Shown: positions 36,551 through 47,853 of the stretch, piece by piece
Position numbering within the stretch: the stretch's first letter is position 1
Layout: each line of letters starts with the position of its first letter
DNA from: a virus
Strand: one strand, 5' to 3'
Virus record (IMG/VR): IMGVR_UViG_3300022602_004075
Span: 4,750 to 68,749 of that record
Length of the DNA: 64,000 bases
Notes under the pieces: model-generated
What the model saw: the letters and a program-made list of their open reading frames with translations, nothing else
The model's database searches: none
What the model was told of the DNA's origin: nothing
Made by a program: the position numbers and the translations under genes

Positions 36551-39500
36551 GGTGTAGTTCCTGGGGTTGCTAAGAATCCTGGGCGAGCTGTCAAGAAGTT
36601 GGCTTGTGTAGTAGTACTGGCGTCTAAACTACTGTTGGGTGATGTCCAAATGTTGCTGGTCACTATTACAGTATTGGCAGGTAATGTTACGTTACCGGCC
36701 AAATTGACTTGACCAACTATGGCTGAAGTCACGATGCCAACAGTATAAGCTGTGCCATTTACTGTGATGGTATTTGCTGCCAATGCGGTAATATTACCCG
36801 ATGTTATGATTATTGGTGCCACGGTAGAATTGATCACATTGCCAAGCACACGCAAGTTGGCTGCTACCGCAGTATTGGCAAATCGTTGCTGTATCACATC
36901 GCCAATGTTTGCTGTTATTGCACCAGACAAAGTCACAGCAATGGTCACATTTGATGTGACATTGTATGTGTGGCTCGTTGGTCCAACATTGGAACTGACC
37001 ACGTAACTACCAGGAACATGTTGTTGCTGACTGCCGTCGACCACACGCAAATTGGCCAAATGAACTGCTGGGGTGTATGTGCCGTCAACACCTCTGCGTA
37101 TTTGTGTCAGTGTGTTGGTACCGACTGGATAAACATTGGCAGAAACATTGGCAAATGTTCCACCGGCATCAAACACATTGCCAGTGATTACATAAAGATT
37201 GCTGTTGTATGTGAGCAATGTATCAATTCCAGCAGTGGTCAAAGTCAGCCCGGCTGTCCATGCAGTTTTGTTTTCGGTTGCATAGTTTCTCCAATACACA
37301 ATTTTTTCACCATTGATGTACACTATGCCAGGAATATTGTACTCCACGTTTGGAGTTGCCAGTGCGCTGGCATTGGCTACAAAAATGTTTCCATCTGTCA
37401 TTGACAAATTGGCTGTCAATGTGGTTACATTGGCATTGGCAATGGCATAAAATTGTATGTTACCAGCCATGTTTTGGAATTGTCTAAACGACACATCGGC
37501 GCCACTGTCAGAAGCATTGTTGCTGTACACCGTCAAGTTTAAACTTTCACGCATGTAACCAGGTACCAACTCTTCTGGTGCATGACTGGTAAAAGTATTC
37601 ACATAGGAGCTGCCATCAATAACGATGTCGCTGGGGTTTACTCCCAGTACATTGCTGTAAAAACTTTGTATAGCGGTATCGTATACATTGCCCACAAAAG
37701 TGTTGCCATCTATAGTAACACCAGGGTATTCAATTCCAGATTGTGTAAGAGCCAAATCAACGTTTCCGTTATAGGCCACAATGCGATCATTGGCATTGTC
37801 AAATGAGTCTGCGGAAATTGTAGTCACATTGGCAATTGGAAAATCAACATTGGTATCAATGGTATAAGCATTGGCCAACAGATACAGAGTATTGTTGTTG
37901 ACAATAATGGTATTTGCTGGAATCGTTGTGCCAACGTTGGCAGAAGTAATGTTGCTCCAGAATACAAATGTATTGGCTGCAGTATATCCAACTCGGTCAA
38001 ATTTGATAGTGGTTGCAATACTACGCACAACGTTGTGTCCAGTATTGTTGCCGTCATACACATTGTCCAACACCGGATAGGCCAATCCGCCAAATCCAGG
38101 TGGATTGATAACCACAGTTGGAGTACTGGTATAGCCCGACCCCGGATTGGTTATCACAATGGAAGATATACTGCCATTGCCGTCAATGGTTGAATATGCA
38201 GTGGCTCCGGAGCCACCTCCTCCAGCAATGGTGATTTGCGGCGCTAAAACATAACCTGATCCAGGATTTTCTATCACAATATCAACCACTTTGTATTGAT
38301 AATTGTTGGTCCACTGACTGTAAGCTCCACTGGATAACTTGGCAGCATCGTAGGATTGAGAACCGTCTGGACTGCGATACACTTGCAAATTGGCATCCCA
38401 ATACGATGGCAAGTCAAAGTCTGTGGTGTCTCCACTGTAGCTGTCGTTGCCTTGATAGTCCAGTACAAACTCTCGCAGGAATGTTCTGTATGGTTTGACT
38501 TCGTTGATGTAATCCAGATAGTAGTTTTGGTTATCTGCCACATAAGCAACATATTGTTGCAGTTGACGAATGTATTGTGTTGCACTCAAGAAACTGGTTT
38601 TGAATACCCATTCAAGATTTTTTTGTTCTGTTAGAACATATTTGATCATTGTAAAGAACAATGTGTTATACTCAGCGGCCAAATCATCAACCAAGATATC
38701 TTTTTGTATAGCTATTGCAATCTGTCGTAATTCCAACGGCGGAATACTGCCAGTGCTGATTTGCAAGGTACCGTTTTGAATACCATAGAGATTTTGATTC
38801 ATCTGACTATCAATGTAGTAAACAACAAACTGATTGTTACCGTTGTTCAATACCTTGATATAGGTGTTGGGTTGCAGAGTCAATTTACCAAATTCAATAT
38901 GATCCGTCACTGTCACGTCTGGAGTTACTGTATAATCGTAACCGGCCTGATACCAGTCAGCATGGCTCCAGTAAAGATTTGTTTTGTAACTTTGTACTCG
39001 TGTCAAGTTCCAAATACCGGCAGTGGGCGTGTTCCAGGTGTAGATTGACCATTTACCTGATTGATTGCTGTCGTTTTCAACCAATACTGTATATCCAGTT
39101 GATAACAAGCCAGTGTCAATATAGGTTAAATCACTTGATGTGGCTACTGCTTGACTGTAGGCCCCAGATCCAGCCAATGGAACAGATTCACTGCTGTTCA
39201 AAGTGGTCATTAGTTTACGCTCAACCACTGGATAAGCAATAAGATAATTGTTGATCAATGTCACATAGTTGGACAAAGCCAATTCACGATTGATAAACAT
39301 GGTCTGTCTTGGACGTATGCTTATACCATAGGCCTGTGCCGGTGTCAATGCTGGATCTGGTACTGTATTTCCAACCAAGTCTTGACCGGCCAAACTGTCA
39401 ATTAATTTGTTTTCAATAGCAACTGGTATCTGACTGGCAGGGTTGCCTTCCTGTACCAAAGCATATTCGCTGTGTATTAATCCAGCACCAACAGAATAGT

Positions 39501-42500
39501 TGCCCAAGTGCAATATGCTGTTTTGTCCTTGCAAGTCTCTATTGACATTGTACAATGCAATAGTATCATCGCGCAATACTGTTGCATAGGCAATGCCTTG
39601 AGATTGCGGATTTTCAATTGCGGCTGCAATACTGTAGGCACTATTTGATTTTCCAGCCACAGTATTGACCGAAGTCTTGTTGGCTACCCAGAAATAATAG
39701 TTGACATTGACACTTCCACTCTGAGTCACATATCCGCTGGTAGAGTACTTGCCGGTATTCAATGGCGTGCCGTTACCACCAGCGGCCACATATTGATTGG
39801 GCGGTACTGTGCTTTGTACCCATTCATATACCAAAATTTCACTGCCAGGGAATGTGGCACCCCAGTTGTTCATACGATAGATCAATGCATCTTGTTCGTA
39901 GTCAATATAGCGTACTGCATCGGTATTCCACCAAATTTTACCAACTTGGTTTGAGCCCCAGTGGAAGTCAGTATGTATGGTACCTGTGCCGGCATTGTAA
40001 ATTGCTGGGTCAGCTGATTGTTGATAGTCAATATCAACAGCCACTGAGTTTAACACTTTGCCTTTGGCTGGATCTATGTAATCCAGTGCTGCCAATATAA
40101 CATTGTTGGATTTGTTGTAGATAAAAGTACGATTGATAGTGGTGATATCAACGGTAGGGCCTTGTTGTCGGGTCAATGTCCACGCAGTTGATGCAACATT
40201 GCTTGAAAATACATGGGCATTGCCAGCACCACTGTCGGATCCAGGTGCACCAACCAAAATTACACCACTGTTGATATCGACAGCAGCACCAAATTGATCG
40301 CCAGCATTGACTTGTGCAATCAATTCTTGTACAAAAGAAAAATGTCCAACGTCTGGATCGGTCAAATCTGTCAATGGCTCAAACACATATACTCCACCGC
40401 TGCCACTGACATATTCTGCAAAGTATGTGGTTCCACCGTCAATGGTCAATTGGGCGTTGTCAAAAGTTGTTACTGCTTCTGTTTTGTCACCGGCGCTGCC
40501 TACAGCCACAGCACGAGCCAATGGGTCAACACGTAAGCTGGTACCAAATGAGCCAGGATTTCCCAATGGGTGTGTAAATGACTGATCAAATGTGTATGCT
40601 GTGCCAGAGTAAACATAACGCTCAACCACTCCCAAGCCAGCGTCGCTGATTACCGCAGTAGGAGCACCCACAAACAAATTACCACCAAAACTGTCGGTAT
40701 CTAAACTGGCACCAAAGTTTGCTGATCCTTTGGTTACATTGCTGGTAAGTGTTTGACTCAAGGTAAACACATTGGCCGACTGAGTGTAAACATAAACATT
40801 ACCTGAATTAAATGCAGTACCAAAAGCAGCAGGTGCACCAACTATGACCACATTGCCGGTGGTGTTGGTTTTGATTTGTGTGCCAAACGCTGTGGCCGCT
40901 GAACCTGTAACTTTGCCGACCCAACGATATGGAGTAGAAGCAACATTGGCACTATAGTAGGCCTCAAACAGGTTGTTTGTTTTATCGCCAATGTACAAAC
41001 GAGTTTGGTCCTGACTGATTGCAATACTGGAAACCTGTGCAATGTTGGCGCTGACAATAGTTTGTAATTTTGTAGGTGTGATACTGTTGTGGTGTTGATA
41101 AATGTGTACATTGGACTGTGAGCCAATGGCTACCAAATTTCCCTGACTGTCAATTACATTTCCAAAATAAGCATTGGTGTTGGACAACGTAATATTTGCT
41201 GTGTGCGTGTTGATGTCAAATATTTCAACCGTGCTGTTTCCTGGACTACCAACATACAAGTACTGTGCATTGTCACCAATGCGTACTGTGGTACCAAATT
41301 TGTTGCCGGCAGTGATGGTATTTGATGTTATCTTAACATCGGCATTGGACTGCCATGGTTGTGTAAATGTATACACTCCCCAGCCATCATTGGTAGCTGA
41401 ATTGACCCATACACGATCGTTGTTGATCCAGTTATTGATTGGAGTTATGGTATCAATGTCTAACACTGAATTGACAATCATTGAATCCAGTCGATAGATA
41501 GTACCTGTGCCAGTGGCCACAGAATTGGTCTTGATCAAGGCCGCTGGATTGGTTATACTAATTGTAACATTGAGTTGATTTGGCACATTGACCACTTGAT
41601 ATAGTCCGTCAAATGCCGAATTAAAATGTTGCAACACAAAATAATCACCAACCGCAAGACTGTGTGGATTGCTAAAGGTCAATTTTGCAAAATTATCTAA
41701 GGTATAAGTCAAGGTGGTTGCAGTTGTTGGGGCCACTGCGTCGACTCTATACACATTCCAATTGGTGTTGGTATCTTTGGCTACCCAAATCTTTTTACCA
41801 ACCGACAACGTTGGTAATTGATTAATTTTGGAAATATCAAAAATTTGATAATCTATATCGGCGGTGTTTACATATCCTGCTGTGATCAAATCATTTTGAT
41901 AAACCACGTTGGCAGATCTGTTATTGTACAGCGAAGTACTCACGCTTGATAAATTACTGGCATTGTAGATATTGGCCAATGACAAATCAACTATGATATT
42001 TGCAGTACTGTAGGTGTTGGCAGTCAATGTAAATGACACTGGATTGTTTAAGAACACACTCTGATCCAGTACAAACTCTCTGTAAGGATTGTTGTCAAGA
42101 TCGCCGTAGGTACCAACACGGAACGCCCATTCTTCATAGGTTGTTACCGGGCTGGTCACATTGTCAAAGGTGGCCTTGGTCAATGCGCCAATTGCATTGG
42201 GTGTACCTTTTTGCGTTATGTAGCCTTGATAGAATTTGGTCTGTGTAGGTATAGTGATACCCAAATTACTCAGGAATGGTCTTTCGCGGAATCCGATCAG
42301 GCCAGCACTGAATTTCTGATATACTTCGTCCAACGGAGGATTATCTACATCGTAGATATTGTTGAATATCTGTGCATTGTGTCCAAAGCTGGGCAATAGG
42401 CCTGTTTGGATAGCTGACTGATTGATCAAAGTCCAGTTGCCAATGGTAAAAGTTTGACTGGCCGGAGAATCAATAATGGCTGTGTAGTAGTTGTTGTTGT

Positions 42501-45500
42501 ATACCACAATATCACCCTGGCGATAATCTACCCCAGGTTGCCAGTTCTTGATTGTTGGATTGCTGTAAATGTATCCGGCAGCGCTCAATGCTCCGTCCCA
42601 GGCACCAGTCTTGCTACCATGTAACTTTAATCTATACTGTCTGGTTCCTTGACTTGGCACATACAGTATGTCTCCAAAACTGTCAACATTGTCAAATATC
42701 AACACACTTTCAAATTGAATCAAATTCAATCTTGCAAATGCAATAGGTGTACGACCGTCCACAGTATTGATTCTAAATTGATTGCCGGTTATGGGGTTGT
42801 CAACTCGTAATATATTGAAGCTGCTGTTTTTTATTGGTTCAAAGTTGGTATCAAGCAGTTGACTGTTACCCAACAGGTTGGTTATTTCGTCAACGGTTGA
42901 GCCAACATAGTTGAATTTCAACAAATCAAATACTGGATTCAACACAATAATTGTACCAGGTGCCCAGTTTTGCTGAGCCCAAAATACAAATTCTTGAATA
43001 CTCAATATCCAATCTTTGGTAGTTTGTAATTCAGTATCGGTTTGATCAAATACAAATCCCTCAGCGGTCAAATATCGTTGATAGCTGATTAAAAAATCTG
43101 CCACCTGTTGCACTGAAGCAAATGTAGTGCCATAAGATATTGGAGTTATTTTTCCAGTGCTGTTTTGATAAATCTTAACTGCCGCCGTACCCACAGTGAG
43201 TGTAGAAGCATTGTTGTTGGCAATGCTGGGTATGATATTGAAGAAAGGATTTGCTGTATCGTAACCAGACACGCTGTATCCGTTGGCAGTACGTGTGACT
43301 ATGACTCCGCTGTAGGTTACAATATTGTTGGGTACCGGTTTTCCAAAGTACACACTATAATTTTGATCAGGTATAATAACACTGGCATTGGTGCTGTTTG
43401 GACTGGTTTGTTCTGCAGAAACTGTGATTAATTTTTGATCAGTAAACCCGGCCACTTTGTAAGTGAGCTGTACAGAAAAATTTGTAAAATAATCATTTAA
43501 TGTTTTGACTGGATCTATTCCCAGATTTTTTATGCTGTCGGCAATCCAGTTTAGATAACCGCTGGAACGCAAAATGGTACCGGGCTTGGTAACTGAGTCT
43601 CCGTTGACCACAATCAACTTGGGACTGATACGCTGATTGTCCACCGTGGTAAATTGTTTGGTTATTGGATTTGTATAAAAGCGACTGGTATCAACCTGTG
43701 TGGCAAAGTATTCAGCCGGTTTGGTCAATGCCACTGCCACTTGTATAGAGAATGGATAATCGCTTGATCGACGCCAAGCAGTTTCTACTGGACCTTGTTC
43801 TCCAACTTGGAAAACATTGCCAGCATTGTTGATATTGTATGTTTTGACTATGCCAATATCAGCTGGGCTACGTAAATTTCCAGCTGAATCAACTGGAATA
43901 AATTTGCTCAGACCAGGACGAGCAAATCGTGTATCAGTATAGGCTGTAGAATCACTGCCGTTCCAGATATAGCCACGTTCTAAATCTTCCCATAGTGTTC
44001 CATTGCCGCCGGTATAAGGTGCTGGACCGTAGCGTGTTTTCCACCAGGCTGGCTCTGCGCCAATGCCCAACATTACCCAAGGCGTTATGTGCGGAGTATC
44101 AGTGTCGTACCAGTAGTTGTAAACTGCTCGCCAAGATCCCTGCAAGAAACTGCCATCAACCGAATCAACAAACTGATCATAGTTCCATGTCCAGGAGTTG
44201 TTGGCATCATACCAACTGTTGGTTGTGTAATCAAGATTGTGTGATCCAACCCATTGTAAAAAGTTCTGTGTCAGTACCTGATTCCATTCTGTCAATGAAT
44301 AGTCAGTGGTTCTGAATCGGCCAGGAATGATATTGTAAAAATCAATCTGATTTTGATTGTAATCAGTTTTGATATTGTTGTAAATTCTGCGTTCTAACTC
44401 CAGCAAATAGTTGTCGCGGAAGTCACCAAATGCTGGAGTGATTGATCCGTCATGCCCTTGTATGACATTGACCGGAGTTCTATAGGTGTTGTCTAAATAC
44501 AGTTTTGGTTCAAATTTTGGATACAGTCCCAACTTGGTTGGAGTCTCTGGAATATAGTTTCCGTCGGTGCTGGTATAATCTCGTATCAGTACCGTATCGT
44601 TTACAGCAAGTGATCGTGAAAACACAATGGACGGAGTGGATGTGCTGAAAGTGTAATCCACTCCCAGAGTCAATTGCACTCCATTTAGATATACCAATAC
44701 TGCACGATTACTCAATTTTGTGTTGTCAAAAATTGATTTAATTTCATATGCTGTCTGACGAGCATTTAAAACTGTGTAGGTAATTTCGTTATAGTTGCTG
44801 CCTTGTGGTACCATGTCTGAATAGTACCAAGGGAAGCTGATATTTTTGACACCGTTGATACTTTTCAATATTGCATCAACGCCAGAAATTGGATCGTTAT
44901 AATTTAGTCCTGGCTGTGTGGCACACAAAGTTAAAAATTTATTTTTAAATTTTGTATATTCTTTACGTGCCAATGTTATACCATTGATAAAATTGACCGA
45001 AGGGTTGGTCAACATGCTCATGGCATAAACCACCGGATTGGTCTGTTGTAGTAGTGTGCCGCCTTGTGCTTTTAGGTATCGATCCTGATGTGGTATTGCA
45101 GCGCCAGTACTTTGACTGGTATTTTCAATCAATTTGTTGTAGTGATTGCGTAATTGTCCCAGTGTAATGGTTGAAAACTTTTCGTTCAGTGGATTGAAAT
45201 CAAGGTTGTCAGGAACTTGATAGTAAGCTGTGGCACTTACATCATTACTAAAAATCAATACGTCAATTTTGTCTCCAATCACCGGAGTCACATTCAGGGT
45301 GACCGCAGTATAAATGCCATACGTGGATACTTGATAATCAGTCAATGAATTCAACAGTTTGTTGTTTAAAAACACTTTTAGATTGGGTACTGTACCAGTG
45401 TTGCTTGGAGCAATGTCTATCTGCACAAAAGGATAATTTTTTCCATCAACAGGCAACACATAGCCATCATAAAATTTTGTGAATATTTGATACTGTCCTG

Positions 45501-47853
45501 GTGCAGGTACATTTGCTACCCAATCGGTCAGTTTGACCGATTCTGTTAGGCTTAGATTTTTTTGTAAGTATCCGGTACTGTAATCTTTTGTTACGGTGAT
45601 ACCATTTTCAACATAGTTAAAGGTATCGGTTTCGTAGTTGTTTTGGAACAGTATGTCGCCAATGTTGTTAAAATTTGAGTAGGCAAATTTTACGTTGGTC
45701 AATACAGAATCGTAGTTTCCGGTGCCGGCAGCATAGCCAAAGAATCTTGTTCCTGCAAATGTTGATCCAGGATATACTGTGGTATTGCTAAAACTGTATC
45801 CGTCAGCATCAACCAAATCAAACAACGGATACTGGTTGAAAGTGGTTTTTTCCTGGCACTCGGACCAGGTTGATCCGTTGAATTTAAAAGTTTTGTCTGC
45901 GTTATTACCTTGGGTAGCCAATACAGTTTGCCCAGCAATAACTGGATCATCACCAGTTGGCAATAGGCGTATGAAGTTTTGCGAATTGATAATTTCAAAA
46001 TCAACAGTATAAATCTCCCCAAGAACATTAGGGTCATAATCGTTGGCAAATACAATACGTAGGCCTGGAGTAAGATTGATACCATCAAGAATGTAACTAA
46101 CCTGTCCTTCAATGTTGACAAACGCATTGGTTGAGTCAAAAGTAATGATATCAATGTTTTGTTTGGCCTGTATGCCACTGTTGAACAACTGTAAGTTGGG
46201 TTCAAATTCAATAATAGCTCGGCGGCCAGGAATGTTAGGACCATAGTCTACCACTGTTTGATTGTATTTGGCCGTGGCCAACAGCACGTCTTTATGGAAC
46301 CAGCGATTTGTGCGACTCCATGGATTACGATCTTGGCTACCACGATTGACAGTGAAATAATCAGCAGTAGTTTGGATAGTGTCAGCAAATACCAGCGGAA
46401 CAGTCAATTGATCAACCGGTACCAACGTGATAGCAGTTCCAACACCTTCCACATAGTATTGATTACTGGCATAGGTATTGGGTGTTACCAACGTATCAAA
46501 TTCTACCTTTAGCCCATTGGTAAAAATTATTCCATTGGGGCTGGTGTAACTTGATTGACCAATGATGTCCTTGTTGATGTCAATAGGGGAACTGACGTTG
46601 TCAACCAGTTTGATTACTCCGGTAAAATTGGGATTGCTGTCGTCTTGGTAATACAAGTAATCGGCATTGGCAGTGATTGGCGGCACTTCGTTATAGCGAT
46701 AGTTTCCATCAAGCCAAAACTGTCTGGATGCATAGGTGTTGCCAGAACCAACAAAAACCTTTTGATTGGGGGCCAATGCAGAAATATTGTTTATCTGAAT
46801 CAGATAGTCACTGCCGGATGGTACCAAATTGATTTGCCATACGCTGGCACGGGTCGCACCAGAAATAATTGATCCTGGTAAAATTGCACTGGTACTGACG
46901 CCAGAGAATCCGCCAGGCAATGCTGGAGTGGTCCATTGTGTAGCATCAATTTGATTGCCTACAAAAATAAAAGTTTTATTTTGTAGCGAACTGGTCAGTC
47001 CATCTAACCCAGTTGGGTGATTGGCCAGGAATGTGCTCAGCAGTTGGTTTTGTATTTCGGTATAGTCAAAGCTAACAGCTGCATTAACTGATGCAGAAAT
47101 AGGAAGTCCGGTATAAAATTGTTGTGCATTGGCCAACGGTACGTTGAATCTTATCACTCCTGATTCAGTGCCGTTGTTTGATACTCCCAGTACCTGTCGG
47201 GTACTCAATGATGGAATATTGGGATCAATACCACTGGTACCCGGTTTGGTTTGTATCCAGAATTTGTGCCCTGGTTGATTCACAGTGAAGGTATAACTGC
47301 CTCCACGTACCAAGGTGATCTGTGTGTCAGGATGTCCGCCCAGCCCACTGAATGTGTATCCACCAACGGCGGTGTCTCTAACAACAGTATAATCGCCCAC
47401 AGTTGGTGTTGCACCAGAACTAACAAAAACTGGATCGGGTCCATTGGGCAACCAATAGTAATTGTTGTAGTTTACAAATTTGTCGTAATCAAAGTGCCCG
47501 TCATAGTTGTAGCTGTCGGCTGTAAACAGTCTTGATTGATTGCGGTTGAATGCACCATTGTTTTCTATGCTTTGCAATAGATCCAAATAGTCGGCAGTAA
47601 ATGTTACCTCGGCATTGGCATTTTTTACTACCACGCTGGGTTCAAGTTGATAGTTTGCTCTGTTTGCAGTTGGTTCAACCACATAATTGTCGCCTACTTT
47701 ATAGGTAGGAGCAAACTTGCGACCAATGTAACCTGACAACGGAACGTTGATAGCATCGGTGGCCAATTGATCCATGGTAGCACCCAGGAATCGTTGGTTA
47801 GTTACTGATCTAAATGCCTCAGGTAAAAAGTTGATTGTGTTTCTTAAGGCCAT
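36547..47853 (-). CDS. Giant 3768-aa virion/baseplate protein (gp7-like position)
   Basis: Uninterrupted 11.3-kb ORF directly downstream of gp6. Contains FG...VGAP propeller-like repeats (~40200-41310) and PGSGY repeats (~38090-38290). Confidence 0.8.
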   Translation of the reverse strand: MALRNTINFLPEAFRSVTNQRFLGATMDQLATDAINVPLSGYIGRKFAPTYKVGDNYVVEPTANRANYQLEPSVVVKNANAEVTFTADYLDLLQSIENNGAFNRNQSRLFTADSYNYDGHFDYDKFVNYNNYYWLPNGPDPVFVSSGATPTVGDYTVVRDTAVGGYTFSGLGGHPDTQITLVRGGSYTFTVNQPGHKFWIQTKPGTSGIDPNIPSLSTRQVLGVSNNGTESGVIRFNVPLANAQQFYTGLPISASVNAAVSFDYTEIQNQLLSTFLANHPTGLDGLTSSLQNKTFIFVGNQIDATQWTTPALPGGFSGVSTSAILPGSIISGATRASVWQINLVPSGSDYLIQINNISALAPNQKVFVGSGNTYASRQFWLDGNYRYNEVPPITANADYLYYQDDSNPNFTGVIKLVDNVSSPIDINKDIIGQSSYTSPNGIIFTNGLKVEFDTLVTPNTYASNQYYVEGVGTAITLVPVDQLTVPLVFADTIQTTADYFTVNRGSQDRNPWSRTNRWFHKDVLLATAKYNQTVVDYGPNIPGRRAIIEFEPNLQLFNSGIQAKQNIDIITFDSTNAFVNIEGQVSYILDGINLTPGLRIVFANDYDPNVLGEIYTVDFEIINSQNFIRLLPTGDDPVIAGQTVLATQGNNADKTFKFNGSTWSECQEKTTFNQYPLFDLVDADGYSFSNTTVYPGSTFAGTRFFGYAAGTGNYDSVLTNVKFAYSNFNNIGDILFQNNYETDTFNYVENGITVTKDYSTGYLQKNLSLTESVKLTDWVANVPAPGQYQIFTKFYDGYVLPVDGKNYPFVQIDIAPSNTGTVPNLKVFLNNKLLNSLTDYQVSTYGIYTAVTLNVTPVIGDKIDVLIFSNDVSATAYYQVPDNLDFNPLNEKFSTITLGQLRNHYNKLIENTSQSTGAAIPHQDRYLKAQGGTLLQQTNPVVYAMSMLTNPSVNFINGITLARKEYTKFKNKFLTLCATQPGLNYNDPISGVDAILKSINGVKNISFPWYYSDMVPQGSNYNEITYTVLNARQTAYEIKSIFDNTKLSNRAVLVYLNGVQLTLGVDYTFSTSTPSIVFSRSLAVNDTVLIRDYTSTDGNYIPETPTKLGLYPKFEPKLYLDNTYRTPVNVIQGHDGSITPAFGDFRDNYLLELERRIYNNIKTDYNQNQIDFYNIIPGRFRTTDYSLTEWNQVLTQNFLQWVGSHNLDYTTNSWYDANNSWTWNYDQFVDSVDGSFLQGSWRAVYNYWYDTDTPHITPWVMLGIGAEPAWWKTRYGPAPYTGGNGTLWEDLERGYIWNGSDSTAYTDTRFARPGLSKFIPVDSAGNLRSPADIGIVKTYNINNAGNVFQVGEQGPVETAWRRSSDYPFSIQVAVALTKPAEYFATQVDTSRFYTNPITKQFTTVDNQRISPKLIVVNGDSVTKPGTILRSSGYLNWIADSIKNLGIDPVKTLNDYFTNFSVQLTYKVAGFTDQKLITVSAEQTSPNSTNASVIIPDQNYSVYFGKPVPNNIVTYSGVIVTRTANGYSVSGYDTANPFFNIIPSIANNNASTLTVGTAAVKIYQNSTGKITPISYGTTFASVQQVADFLISYQRYLTAEGFVFDQTDTELQTTKDWILSIQEFVFWAQQNWAPGTIIVLNPVFDLLKFNYVGSTVDEITNLLGNSQLLDTNFEPIKNSSFNILRVDNPITGNQFRINTVDGRTPIAFARLNLIQFESVLIFDNVDSFGDILYVPSQGTRQYRLKLHGSKTGAWDGALSAAGYIYSNPTIKNWQPGVDYRQGDIVVYNNNYYTAIIDSPASQTFTIGNWTLINQSAIQTGLLPSFGHNAQIFNNIYDVDNPPLDEVYQKFSAGLIGFRERPFLSNLGITIPTQTKFYQGYITQKGTPNAIGALTKATFDNVTSPVTTYEEWAFRVGTYGDLDNNPYREFVLDQSVFLNNPVSFTLTANTYSTANIIVDLSLANIYNASNLSSVSTSLYNNRSANVVYQNDLITAGYVNTADIDYQIFDISKINQLPTLSVGKKIWVAKDTNTNWNVYRVDAVAPTTATTLTYTLDNFAKLTFSNPHSLAVGDYFVLQHFNSAFDGLYQVVNVPNQLNVTISITNPAALIKTNSVATGTGTIYRLDSMIVNSVLDIDTITPINNWINNDRVWVNSATNDGWGVYTFTQPWQSNADVKITSNTITAGNKFGTTVRIGDNAQYLYVGSPGNSTVEIFDINTHTANITLSNTNAYFGNVIDSQGNLVAIGSQSNVHIYQHHNSITPTKLQTIVSANIAQVSSIAISQDQTRLYIGDKTNNLFEAYYSANVASTPYRWVGKVTGSAATAFGTQIKTNTTGNVVIVGAPAAFGTAFNSGNVYVYTQSANVFTLSQTLTSNVTKGSANFGASLDTDSFGGNLFVGAPTAVISDAGLGVVERYVYSGTAYTFDQSFTHPLGNPGSFGTSLRVDPLARAVAVGSAGDKTEAVTTFDNAQLTIDGGTTYFAEYVSGSGGVYVFEPLTDLTDPDVGHFSFVQELIAQVNAGDQFGAAVDINSGVILVGAPGSDSGAGNAHVFSSNVASTAWTLTRQQGPTVDITTINRTFIYNKSNNVILAALDYIDPAKGKVLNSVAVDIDYQQSADPAIYNAGTGTIHTDFHWGSNQVGKIWWNTDAVRYIDYEQDALIYRMNNWGATFPGSEILVYEWVQSTVPPNQYVAAGGNGTPLNTGKYSTSGYVTQSGSVNVNYYFWVANKTSVNTVAGKSNSAYSIAAAIENPQSQGIAYATVLRDDTIALYNVNRDLQGQNSILHLGNYSVGAGLIHSEYALVQEGNPASQIPVAIENKLIDSLAGQDLVGNTVPDPALTPAQAYGISIRPRQTMFINRELALSNYVTLINNYLIAYPVVERKLMTTLNSSESVPLAGSGAYSQAVATSSDLTYIDTGLLSTGYTVLVENDSNQSGKWSIYTWNTPTAGIWNLTRVQSYKTNLYWSHADWYQAGYDYTVTPDVTVTDHIEFGKLTLQPNTYIKVLNNGNNQFVVYYIDSQMNQNLYGIQNGTLQISTGSIPPLELRQIAIAIQKDILVDDLAAEYNTLFFTMIKYVLTEQKNLEWVFKTSFLSATQYIRQLQQYVAYVADNQNYYLDYINEVKPYRTFLREFVLDYQGNDSYSGDTTDFDLPSYWDANLQVYRSPDGSQSYDAAKLSSGAYSQWTNNYQYKVVDIVIENPGSGYVLAPQITIAGGGGSGATAYSTIDGNGSISSIVITNPGSGYTSTPTVVINPPGFGGLAYPVLDNVYDGNNTGHNVVRSIATTIKFDRVGYTAANTFVFWSNITSANVGTTIPANTIIVNNNTLYLLANAYTIDTNVDFPIANVTTISADSFDNANDRIVAYNGNVDLALTQSGIEYPGVTIDGNTFVGNVYDTAIQSFYSNVLGVNPSDIVIDGSSYVNTFTSHAPEELVPGYMRESLNLTVYSNNASDSGADVSFRQFQNMAGNIQFYAIANANVTTLTANLSMTDGNIFVANASALATPNVEYNIPGIVYINGEKIVYWRNYATENKTAWTAGLTLTTAGIDTLLTYNSNLYVITGNVFDAGGTFANVSANVYPVGTNTLTQIRRGVDGTYTPAVHLANLRVVDGSQQQHVPGSYVVSSNVGPTSHTYNVTSNVTIAVTLSGAITANIGDVIQQRFANTAVAANLRVLGNVINSTVAPIIITSGNITALAANTITVNGTAYTVGIVTSAIVGQVNLAGNVTLPANTVIVTSNIWTSPNSSLDASTTTQANFLTARPGFLATPGTTP

